In this document: piece after piece, positions 6,773-13,660 of the stretch
Numbering within the stretch: the first letter of the stretch is position 1
How the letters are laid out: the number at the start of each line of letters is the position of its first letter
Source of the DNA: Acinetobacter wanghuae
GTDB taxonomy: Bacteria > Pseudomonadota > Gammaproteobacteria > Pseudomonadales > Moraxellaceae
Reading direction: 5' to 3'
Assembly (NCBI RefSeq): GCF_009557235.1
Contig: NZ_CP045650.1
Location: 1,350,001-1,382,000, forward strand
Length of the DNA: 32,000 bases
Program-made: the position numbers and the translations under genes
The notes under the pieces: model-generated
Databases searched by the model: none
What the model was told of the DNA's origin: nothing
What the model saw: only the letters and a program-made list of their open reading frames with translations

Positions 6773-7452
6773 ATAGCTTAAGCCAATTCAATGCTGATTC
6801 AAAATCAATGAGCAGCTTGGAAATTTCAGAGCTCGTTCAATCGCGTCACGACAAAGTTAAGCAGTCAATTGAAAGATTGGTTGAGCGTGGCGTAATAGCA
6901 CAACCCCCAATGGGGAATGTCGAGAAAATCAATAACTTAGGTTTTTCTATTCAAGTTGGTATTTACATTTTCTCAGGCGAAAAAGGTAAGCGAGATTCAA
7001 TCATTGTGGTTGCTCAACTTTGCCCCGAGTTTACGGCTCGCTTAGTGGATCGTTGGATGGAATTAGAGAACTACACCAAAAGTGTAGTACCTCAAATCCC
7101 TCAATCCTTTGCCGAAGCACTTCAGCTCGCTGCAGATCAAGCACGTCAACTCGAACTCGCAGCTCCAAAAGTTGCTCACTATGACGCTGTGGTTGCTAAA
7201 GGTCACTTACTTACAGCTACTCAAGTTGGTGCAAAAGTGGGTCTGTCAGCAGTCGCTTTAAATCGCATCCTTGATAATTTCCGTGTGTACAACAAGGCTC
7301 ACAAGCGCAGTCGTGTATTCAACACATGGTTCGAAGATCAGGGTTTTGGTGAATTAAAACAAACCACAACAGGTCATTCGCAACCCATGTTCACCACAAA
7401 AGGCGAAGCATGGGTAATTGAGAAATTAGTGAGCGAAGGGGTGGCAGCATGA
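6769..7452 (+). CDS. Rha-family regulator with a C-terminal KilAC (ANT) domain; antirepressor-type protein
   Basis: The N-terminus SSLEISELVQSRHDKVKQSIERL matches the Rha signature. The C-terminus IPQSFAEALQLAADQARQLE...AHYDAVV...TQVGAKVGLSAVALNRIL matches the KilAC pattern. Confidence 0.8.
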   Translation: MNSLSQFNADSKSMSSLEISELVQSRHDKVKQSIERLVERGVIAQPPMGNVEKINNLGFSIQVGIYIFSGEKGKRDSIIVVAQLCPEFTARLVDRWMELENYTKSVVPQIPQSFAEALQLAADQARQLELAAPKVAHYDAVVAKGHLLTATQVGAKVGLSAVALNRILDNFRVYNKAHKRSRVFNTWFEDQGFGELKQTTTGHSQPMFTTKGEAWVIEKLVSEGVAA

Positions 7453-7856
7453 GCAAAATTTTAACAGGTAAAGAAGCGTTAATCGCTTTAGCTGAAGGCA
7501 AAACCATAGAAAACTGGAATGGTTCAATTTGGTGGGATATTGAAGGTACTTGGCAAATTGATGTTTTCTTGAAAACCGATAGAAAGTTCCGCCTAAAACC
7601 CCACACCATCACAATTAATGGTGTTGATATTGAAGCACCTGAAAAAAATGATGATCCAAATTTAGAGCTTCTTGAGCACGATCAAGACTATTGGCTTGTT
7701 GATCTCGCCAATTATCCTGATTTCGTTATCCCGCATAAATGGAAAGGCGACCCACCAGAGTATGCATGGGCTGACCGTGGACTTATTCACTTATCCAAAG
7801 ATGCCGCTTTACTTCATGCCAAGGCGTTAATTTTGGCGAGCGGAGGCACAACATGA
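7449..7856 (+). CDS. Hypothetical phage protein (135 aa)
   Basis: ORF with ATGA coupling at both ends. Confidence 0.65.
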   Translation: MSKILTGKEALIALAEGKTIENWNGSIWWDIEGTWQIDVFLKTDRKFRLKPHTITINGVDIEAPEKNDDPNLELLEHDQDYWLVDLANYPDFVIPHKWKGDPPEYAWADRGLIHLSKDAALLHAKALILASGGTT

Positions 7857-7993
7857 CCCATCCATGTGAAAACCAATGCCCGCACTACGACGGAGAATGC
7901 TGCAACGTCTGCTTGATTCAGGACGTTGAAGGCGTGGATCTGCTTAACGCGCTAAATGAAGCGTTTGACGAAGTATTTGGAGGTGAAGGGTGA
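7853..7993 (+). CDS. Cys-rich mini-protein (46 aa: MTHPCENQCPHYDGECCNVCLIQD...)
   Basis: Hand-translated. The ATG overlaps the upstream TGA (ATGA) and the stop overlaps the downstream GTG start. It exactly fills a 134-nt gap. Confidence 0.45.
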   Translation: MTHPCENQCPHYDGECCNVCLIQDVEGVDLLNALNEAFDEVFGGEG

Positions 7994-8673
7994 GTGCTAA
8001 AAGCTTTATCTCAAACGCATTCATGCTGCCAAACGACCTGATTGATAAGGGTTATATGGCAGAAATGAAAGGACCCGCGCTTGCATGCTACCTATTCATT
8101 GTGCGTAAAACACGCGGATGGAACAAAGATTCGGATGCAATCAGTGTTTCTCAACTCGTAAAAGGCACGAAATACAACAAAGATTCTGTGCTTAAAGGTT
8201 GTGAAAAATTGGTTCAAATGGGCGTAATCGAGCGTGCACAGTTCGCAAATCAGCCCGCGAAATACACAATTACTGATTACATTTTTGCAGTCGAAAATTT
8301 AGATAGCGAAAATATCGCTAGCGAAAATTTAGATAGCAGGGTCGAAAATATAGATAGCGTGCTATCTAAAAAATCGACCCACAATAACAAACCAAAAACA
8401 ACTAATACAAAAACAAAGGTTGTTATTGATAAATCTGATTCAAAACCATGTTTAACACATAGCAAAAATGGGTTGAGCCTTTCTGAAAAACAAGCTTCGG
8501 TATTCGCAAGCAAACTTTCAGATCATGCGGAATTTTGCTCTATGCATGCTCAAACAGGTGAATCACACAACAAGTTTGTTTCACGTTTGAAAATGCTTCT
8601 GCGTACACCAGGTTTTGCTGAAAAGAACTTGAGCTATTTAGAGGATGTTGGATTTAAGCGAGGTGGAGCGTGA
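7990..8673 (+). CDS. Replication initiator, lambda O-like N-terminal winged-helix domain
   Basis: LACYLFIVRKTRGWNKDSDAISVSQLVKGT parallels lambda O FKVLLAILRKTYGWNKPMDRITDSQLSEIT. Iterons are embedded in the gene, as at ori-lambda. Confidence 0.75.
   Translation: MSAKSFISNAFMLPNDLIDKGYMAEMKGPALACYLFIVRKTRGWNKDSDAISVSQLVKGTKYNKDSVLKGCEKLVQMGVIERAQFANQPAKYTITDYIFAVENLDSENIASENLDSRVENIDSVLSKKSTHNNKPKTTNTKTKVVIDKSDSKPCLTHSKNGLSLSEKQASVFASKLSDHAEFCSMHAQTGESHNKFVSRLKMLLRTPGFAEKNLSYLEDVGFKRGGA
8290..8378. repeat. Origin iterons: three direct copies, one degenerate copy and one inverted copy of about 17 bp, (G)TCGAAAATWTAGATAGC, followed by an A-rich tract
   Basis: Copies are at 8290-8307, 8321-8337 and 8341-8358. 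A degenerate copy is at 8307-8322 and an inverted copy at 8361-8378. The A-rich stretch spans 8379-8420. Confidence 0.7.
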
Positions 8674-9077
8674 ATACAAAACCAAATTGCACAGTGCCAA
8701 AATTCAAACTTGAAGGCTTTGCATGTAAAAAAACAAACACATTGTTCGTGCTTGATCTGGTGAATGGCTATCTACCGTACATGCCGCTTGATGAAGCTGT
8801 GAGAACAGATGAAGTGAAATTCAACCATGGTGTAGCTCGTAATGCAGTTATCGAAACCGAGCTCGGCAAAGAGAAGCAATGCAGCGTATGTAAGGATTTT
8901 TGGCCAATGGATCCTGAATTCTTTTTTACGAAAACACTGCCACCCAAAAAAAACGGTGAACAGAACAAGTCGTATGACTCAGTTTGTAAGGCTTGTTATG
9001 AAATTAAGTATCGAAAAAGAAAACCGGGGCGACGCAACAATATTAGATCAACTGCAGAAAAATTGGTGGCAGCATGA
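8670..9077 (+). CDS. Hypothetical protein with CSVC...CKAC zinc-finger-like pairs and a basic tail
   Basis: 135-aa ORF coupled to its neighbours. It sits where lambda P would be, but no helicase-loader motif is recognisable. Confidence 0.6.
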   Translation: MNTKPNCTVPKFKLEGFACKKTNTLFVLDLVNGYLPYMPLDEAVRTDEVKFNHGVARNAVIETELGKEKQCSVCKDFWPMDPEFFFTKTLPPKKNGEQNKSYDSVCKACYEIKYRKRKPGRRNNIRSTAEKLVAA

Positions 9078-9646
9078 AAAAGCGCAATAAAAAATACAAT
9101 CCGAACAAACTGGCGCAGATCACAAAATCTAAAGCGTATCAAAAACATACTTTAGAAATGACCTTCAATATTGATGAAGTGAATGAACACATTGATGGAT
9201 GGCGTGCTGAGAATAACTTTGCTGATAAAGAGCTTACGCCTAAGCACGTGGTGTATGACGTGTATCACGGTGACTTAATTATTGCTCTGAAAAACTTACT
9301 TATTCCGCTTGAACAAGAATGGTTTTTAGGTGTGGATTCCCATTACTACAATGCAGAAACGGAAGGAGTTTTGACAGTGCCAACTCAATTTCAAATGCCA
9401 AAAATGAGCTTTGAGAAATTTCGCTTTGGATCTGAACTAAAGGTGGATCGTGGTGCAGGGATTAAAACGCGCTGGCAAGGCATTAACAATGAATTAAATA
9501 AAATATTGGAACAAGAAGTTCCGCAAGGGTTTGAGCGTGTGCGTAGTGACGCGCTGTTTCGCATAGAAACTGCATTTAACAGCGTGGATGACTATCTGTA
9601 CTTCAAGCAAGCAAAAGCGCTAAGAGAGCAAGGAGTAGCAGCATGA
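9074..9646 (+). CDS. Hypothetical phage protein (190 aa)
   Basis: ORF with ATGA coupling at both ends. Confidence 0.65.
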   Translation: MKKRNKKYNPNKLAQITKSKAYQKHTLEMTFNIDEVNEHIDGWRAENNFADKELTPKHVVYDVYHGDLIIALKNLLIPLEQEWFLGVDSHYYNAETEGVLTVPTQFQMPKMSFEKFRFGSELKVDRGAGIKTRWQGINNELNKILEQEVPQGFERVRSDALFRIETAFNSVDDYLYFKQAKALREQGVAA

Positions 9647-9732
9647 CAAAACATGATTTTACATCGCTCCGTGATGCGATTAATCACTGCAAAGACGAAC
9701 AAGAAAAAGAATTACTTCCAAGAACAATTTAA
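9643..9732 (+). CDS. Possible 29-aa mini-ORF (MTKHDFTSLRDAINHCKDEQEKELLPRTI)
   Basis: Its ATG overlaps the upstream TGA and shares the conserved GTAGCAGCATGA junction. It is very short. Confidence 0.3.
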   Translation: MTKHDFTSLRDAINHCKDEQEKELLPRTI

Positions 9733-9755
9733 TTTGATGCACATGGAAGCTGAAG

Positions 9756-10109
9756 ATGAGCGCAATTACGTGGAGTTTGAACGATGAAAGAAGCGATATT
9801 TTTGATGGTTGGGGTGTTGTTAGGGGTAGGCTTTTTGAATTGGGTGATTGCGATATGAGTATTGAAAAAGTTTATGAGGTTATTAAAGGTTATCAGTGCT
9901 CAGAGCTTCTAATGGTTCTAAACCCTGCTTTAGCGGTGTGGAATCATCAACAAAAAGAAATCGATTCATTAAAAGCCCAACTCAACAACATGGAACGCTG
10001 CTACATCGAGAAGAAAAAACAGCTCAATGATGTTCGAGCATACATTGAATCAACATGTCCAGATGGGTTGGTTTCTGAAATAGATCGAATTGTTGAGGTG
10101 AAGTCATGA
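9756..10109 (+). CDS. Hypothetical phage protein (117 aa) with a coiled-coil C-terminus
   Basis: ORF with an ATGA overlap to the next gene. Confidence 0.6.
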   Translation: MSAITWSLNDERSDIFDGWGVVRGRLFELGDCDMSIEKVYEVIKGYQCSELLMVLNPALAVWNHQQKEIDSLKAQLNNMERCYIEKKKQLNDVRAYIESTCPDGLVSEIDRIVEVKS

Positions 10110-10423
10110 ATAAGCATATTAAAACATTGGTCGGTTTTAAAAATGGGACTAAAAGTGTTGCAAAAGACTGTTTTTATGATCTTTGGGATGCTTTGGATGA
10201 AATTTTAAGTGCATTCAAGAAAATTGGTTTTGTGATTTTTGCATTCATGATTTGGATATTAAGTCTTGCTTTGATTTGTATTTTACCGCTAGCAACATGG
10301 TTGCGCGTGAAGTGGGAACGAGATGCTGAGATTGAAAGTAAAAAAGCTGCACAAGAGTACGCAGATCAAATGACTTGCTTGCATAACAACCGAGGCATCA
10401 ATGACCAGCATCTCAACCGCTGA
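10106..10423 (+). CDS. Small membrane protein (105 aa, one long TM)
   Basis: Hydrophobic segment IGFVIFAFMIWILSLALICILPLATWL. Confidence 0.6.
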   Translation: MNKHIKTLVGFKNGTKSVAKDCFYDLWDALDEILSAFKKIGFVIFAFMIWILSLALICILPLATWLRVKWERDAEIESKKAAQEYADQMTCLHNNRGINDQHLNR

Positions 10424-10805
10424 ATATAAAAAACTATATGCGCCTAAAGCTAAATCTAGGCGCAAATCAAAACGTCCGAGTCGTGGCGTGAAAGTTGAGA
10501 GCGAAGGTGAAGCAACACTCAGCCTTCAGCTTAAAGCGTCAAAAATCGCATTTGAGAGAGAATTTCAATTTTATGCATCACGGAAATGGCGATCTGATTT
10601 CCATCTGGTAGAAAAAAAGATTTTGATTGAGGTGGAAGGCGGGATTTGGTCAGGTGGTCGTCATACAAGAGCAAAAGGCTACTTGGGCGACATGGAAAAA
10701 TATAACGCTGCTACGGCGTTGGGGTATCAAATTTATCGTTTTAGCACTGAGCAAGTTAAATCAGGCTTTGCGATTAAACAAATTATAGAGTTAGTCGGGG
10801 AATAG
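10401..10805 (+). CDS. PD-(D/E)XK endonuclease of the Vsr/DUF559 type; possible Holliday-junction resolvase by position
   Basis: The pattern RSDFHLVEKKILIEVEGGIWSGGRH...D.EKYN...LGYQIYRF matches the D...ExDG..H...D..K...G..V.RF layout of DUF559/Vsr-like nucleases. Confidence 0.5.
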   Translation: MTSISTAEYKKLYAPKAKSRRKSKRPSRGVKVESEGEATLSLQLKASKIAFEREFQFYASRKWRSDFHLVEKKILIEVEGGIWSGGRHTRAKGYLGDMEKYNAATALGYQIYRFSTEQVKSGFAIKQIIELVGE

Positions 10806-10807
10806 GG

Positions 10808-11299
10808 ATGAATGCAGTAGTAACGATTACAGGCGCAGTAAATTGGTCGAAATTCACTTTAGAAGAATGGCTTTATCAGTTTGGCGCATGGATGAATAGC
10901 GTATCTGGTACATGTGGGAAAAGTATCAATCCGATTGCGATTGCGATGGATCAAGCGGTGATTAAATCAAAAGCCGCTAAAATCAATCTCACCAAGTCTG
11001 AAATCATTGCAAACTATGTTGCAAGCGATGAAGATAAGCCAAAGCTACAGCGCTCAAATATTACGTGTTTAATTAGTGATAACGAAGCACGGGCAGTACA
11101 GCGTTTGATTTTAGATATGCAGGGCAAGTCTGAGGTGTTGGATGAGTGGCTTGATGTAGTAATTGCTCGACACTTTTATTGCAACTCATTTGCCAAGATT
11201 GCAGATGAGCACCATAAGTCGTTAATGGATGTGAAATTCGATAATAAAGCAGGACTTGCAGCAATCTATGCTCGAAATTTATTCATCAAACACCGTTGA
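10808..11299 (+). CDS. Q: Late-gene antiterminator, phage-82 Q family
   Basis: LEEWLYQFGAWMN parallels LERWGAWAAN, and ISDNEARAVQRLILDM parallels CDDDAMIICGCMARL of 82-type Q (QuuD). It is the last early gene, and its stop is embedded in a TTGACA hexamer. Confidence 0.65.
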   Translation: MNAVVTITGAVNWSKFTLEEWLYQFGAWMNSVSGTCGKSINPIAIAMDQAVIKSKAAKINLTKSEIIANYVASDEDKPKLQRSNITCLISDNEARAVQRLILDMQGKSEVLDEWLDVVIARHFYCNSFAKIADEHHKSLMDVKFDNKAGLAAIYARNLFIKHR

Positions 11300-11336
11300 C
11301 AGTGACGTCAGTGATATGGCATATTTATGGTATAGT
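11296..11336 (+). promoter_or_regulatory. PR'-like late promoter: perfect TTGACA, CATATT at an 18-nt spacing, then a second -10-like hexamer TATAGT
   Basis: TTGACA at 11296-11301 overlaps the Q stop codon. CATATT is at 11320-11325 and TATAGT at 11331-11336. The last could be a sigma-dependent pause element or the true -10. Confidence 0.45.
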
Positions 11337-11818
11337 GGTCACAGTTGCATTAAAGGCACTCGTGATCGCAAATTGATTGAATCCGCAGGCGATGCGGTAA
11401 AAACATAAATGCATTGTAGACTCGTGAAATCCGATGAAGATGCATAAGCAAGGGTTCGCAACTTGCCAATCAATGAGCCTAGCTTCTGCTTGATGAAGCC
11501 GTTGGGTGATGAAACGTTAAGCACGAAAATTTAAGAATATTCACGAAAGCCAAAGCTCGAAAGAGACATTACGTGATGCAAAAGGGATCAATGAGATGGC
11601 GACCCTTAGCCCCTAGATGCAGTGCGGTATGAGCGGGTACACAAAACTCAGAGTGCATCAGTGTTGTGTGACAGCCTGAAAGAAGGCAATTTTGGAGAGT
11701 GAATAAAACGGATTACAGGACCTGACACCGTTTTTCAGTTTAAATCGCTGAATTGTTCATTCTACCAAAGTTAAGTCGTCGAAAAATTTAACTTAGCCCA
11801 CCTCGGTGGGCTTTTTTG
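11337..11818 (+). ncRNA. Predicted non-coding late leader transcript of about 480 nt, hairpin-dense, function unknown
   Basis: No plus-strand ORF longer than 18 codons was found by hand. It is bounded by the late promoter and a clean intrinsic terminator. It contains multiple local hairpins and repeated motifs (see findings). Confidence 0.35.
11796..11818 (+). terminator. Intrinsic terminator (tR'-like)
   Basis: GCCCAC, loop CTCG, GTGGGC, followed by TTTTTT. Confidence 0.8.
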
Positions 11819-11989
11819 TTGTCTGAAAATCAATAATCCAAAATAGGAGATTGCCATGAAAGACGCAATTACTTGGGCTTAATTCGATTAGGTGTGCATG
11901 CATTTCAACACTATACACTTAGTCGCATGCTCACCTGTTACGCCAGCTATCTTTATTCGTAGTGGTTTATAGATTAATGCTGGCACCTT

Positions 11990-12063
11990 AGGTCAATGAT
12001 GTAACGGTAGCATAACGGTCTCCAAAATCGTTTGTTCAGGTTCGAATCCTGATTGACTTGCCA
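11990..12063 (+). tRNA. tRNA-Trp (anticodon CCA), 74 nt, with an encoded 3' CCA
   Basis: Hand-folded cloverleaf. Acceptor AGGTCAA/TTGACTT (one G-U). D arm ATGT-AACGGTA-GCAT. Anticodon arm ACGGT-CTCCAAA-ATCGT. 4-nt variable loop. T arm TCAGG-TTCGAAT-CCTGA. Discriminator G, then CCA. Confidence 0.85.
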
Positions 12064-12125
12064 AATTCCAAACGGATGCTGTTTTTCCCGATTCAGCATC
12101 ACCTTTGGGATTACTGGAGTATTCA

Positions 12126-12245
12126 ATGCTTCAATTCATCAAAATTCTGCTCTGTCCACATTTTCAAATCACACAACAAATGCATTCAGATCACAACGGC
12201 GATCCGATCAAAGTGTGCGTGTGTGGTAAGCACATCAAAGTTTAA
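12126..12245 (+). CDS. Possible 39-aa zinc-ribbon-like mini-protein (MLQFIKILLCPHFQITQQMHSDHNGDPIKVCVCGKHIKV)
   Basis: GGAG lies 6 nt upstream of the ATG. It lies between the tRNA and a strong terminator. It is not in the track because it is under 60 aa. Confidence 0.3.
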   Translation: MLQFIKILLCPHFQITQQMHSDHNGDPIKVCVCGKHIKV

Positions 12246-12292
12246 AGGACCCGCGTTGCATGGGGCAGCGCTTCGCTGTGAGGCATGACAGC

Positions 12293-12336
12293 AGACCGCA
12301 TACATTTGGGAGAATGTGTGCGGTCTTTCTTTTTTT
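12293..12336 (+). terminator. Strong intrinsic terminator
   Basis: 14-bp stem AGACCGCATACATT / AATGTGTGCGGTCT (one G-U), loop TGGGAG, then TTCTTTTTTT. Confidence 0.8.
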
Positions 12337-12347
12337 AAGGATTAAGC

Positions 12348-12557
12348 ATGTGGCAATTCTTACTTGGCTTCATCATCGCTTGGGTTGTTTGTTGTTGCTA
12401 TACGCATATTTGCGTGGCAAATGAATGCGAACGCCTTGGTGGTTTCTTTGTTGGATCTAAAACTTATAAATGCGTGGTGATTGAAGATGAATCGCAAACA
12501 AAAGAAAAATTAAGCGCCGTATTGCACGTGAACACACCAAGAAGCAATCAAAAATAA
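12348..12557 (+). CDS. Small Cys-rich protein with an N-terminal TM/signal-like segment (69 aa)
   Basis: MWQFLLGFIIAWVVCCCYTHICV followed by a hydrophilic tail. It is the first ORF after the terminator, with AAGGA upstream. Confidence 0.55.
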   Translation: MWQFLLGFIIAWVVCCCYTHICVANECERLGGFFVGSKTYKCVVIEDESQTKEKLSAVLHVNTPRSNQK

Positions 12558-12693
12558 ATGAAACGCCGTATGAGCAAAGTGTTTGGGATTATTCGCAAGA
12601 TGATTTCTATCAGTTTGTAGATAGTGACTATGGTGCATCTAAACCGTATTGGATTTGGTGTTTACTCATATTAATTATGTTTGGGGTCTTGCT

Positions 12694-12882
12694 ATGGTCG
12701 ATCGTGTAGAAGCGCGAAAGAATTTAGAAAAACTTGAATCTGACTTATATCACTTACAACAATTAAATCATCTCAATTCACGTTATGCATTTAAGCGCGA
12801 ATGTCGTGATCGAATGAGTGAATTAAATGAACAAATCAAAAGCATTGAGTGGCAATTGTCGCAACCCGCAAAGACTCGTTGA
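12694..12882 (+). CDS. Small coiled-coil protein (62 aa)
   Basis: Track ORF 12649..12882 starts at TTG. An internal ATG at 12694 (MVDRVEARKNLEKLES...) is preferred. Confidence 0.5.
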   Translation: MVDRVEARKNLEKLESDLYHLQQLNHLNSRYAFKRECRDRMSELNEQIKSIEWQLSQPAKTR

Positions 12883-13132
12883 GATCCGCAAACTACCTTG
12901 TGTAAATTGCGGTAGACATCCAGTCGATGCAGCGCATTCAAATTTTGCTGAGCATGGGAAAGGGAAAGGCATTAAAGCGGATGATAATTACACAATACCG
13001 CTTTGCCGAAACTGTCACATGAATTTTGATCTCTATGTGAATAAGAATCGTGATGAGTCGAAAGAGTGGTTTTTAAAGCATTTAGGGACTACAGAAAGAA
13101 TGTTGAGTTCTAATGATGAAGAATACTTCTAA
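12827..13132 (+). CDS. HNH-type zinc-binding nuclease, DUF968/Ref-like
   Basis: LPCVNCGRHPVDAAHSNF...GKGKGIKADDNYTIPLCRNCH matches the C-x2-C...H...K..D...PLC..CH layout. Confidence 0.5.
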   Translation: MNKSKALSGNCRNPQRLVEIRKLPCVNCGRHPVDAAHSNFAEHGKGKGIKADDNYTIPLCRNCHMNFDLYVNKNRDESKEWFLKHLGTTERMLSSNDEEYF

Positions 13133-13619
13133 AATCGAACCTGCATCATTTCTTATAAAAGATCACTCAGATATCACACGTGTTATTAATTATCTGCACA
13201 CCAACTATCAAAAAACAGATAAACCATTGGTTGTGCATATAGATCAAAAACAAGAAGACCGCAGCAAAGCACAGAATCGCTTGTATTGGCTTTGGTTGTC
13301 GCAATGGTCTAAACGTCAAGGCACAGACAAAGACAGTGAGCATTTGTATTTTAAGAAGCATTTGCTTGCACGTATTTATGCGCGTGATGATGTTGGTCAG
13401 TACAAACAGACATTTGCAGCAGTTAAAGTTTTAAGAGACCAGAAGCATCCGCAATATCAAGCGGTCGCAGATGGTTTAAATGAACTTATAAGCACAACAG
13501 ATGCAAGTGTTGATCAATTTACTGAATACCTGAATGACATACATGCGTTCTGCTTAAAACATGGGTGCTATCTGCATACACCTGATGATTTGATGTATGC
13601 GTGGGGGATGAAGTTGTGA
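13113..13619 (+). CDS. NinB/Orf-like recombination mediator
   Basis: The motif RSKAQNRLYWLWLSQW resembles the RS-x2-QN-x3-W signature of NinB-family proteins. Confidence 0.45.
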   Translation: MMKNTSKIEPASFLIKDHSDITRVINYLHTNYQKTDKPLVVHIDQKQEDRSKAQNRLYWLWLSQWSKRQGTDKDSEHLYFKKHLLARIYARDDVGQYKQTFAAVKVLRDQKHPQYQAVADGLNELISTTDASVDQFTEYLNDIHAFCLKHGCYLHTPDDLMYAWGMKL

Positions 13620-13660
13620 TTTAATGCATTTTATATAACCAAAAAGGAAGTTTAAATAAA

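Noticed and set aside
8290-8378. Short direct repeats that could at first glance look like a mini CRISPR array
   Set aside because: The repeats are only about 17 bp and abut each other without uniform spacers. One copy is inverted. All lie in-frame inside the O-like gene and are followed by an A-rich tract. This is the classic iteron origin layout.
11448-11469. tRNA-like T-arm plus CCA (GCAAG-GGTTCGCAA-CTTGC-CA), with a D-loop-like TATAGTGGT at 11331
   Set aside because: The loop is 9 nt rather than 7. No acceptor stem or anticodon arm can be drawn. The two pieces are about 120 nt apart. It is treated as one hairpin of the leader RNA.
11339-11524. 61-aa minus-strand ORF inside the non-coding late leader
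   Set aside because: No SD precedes it, it is antisense to the late transcription direction, its composition is unremarkable, and nothing on the minus strand nearby would drive it.
12058-12288. 76-aa track ORF starting with TTG inside the tRNA
   Set aside because: It begins within the tRNA-Trp 3' end and has no SD. The same stretch contains a better-initiated 39-codon ORF in another frame, plus a terminator.
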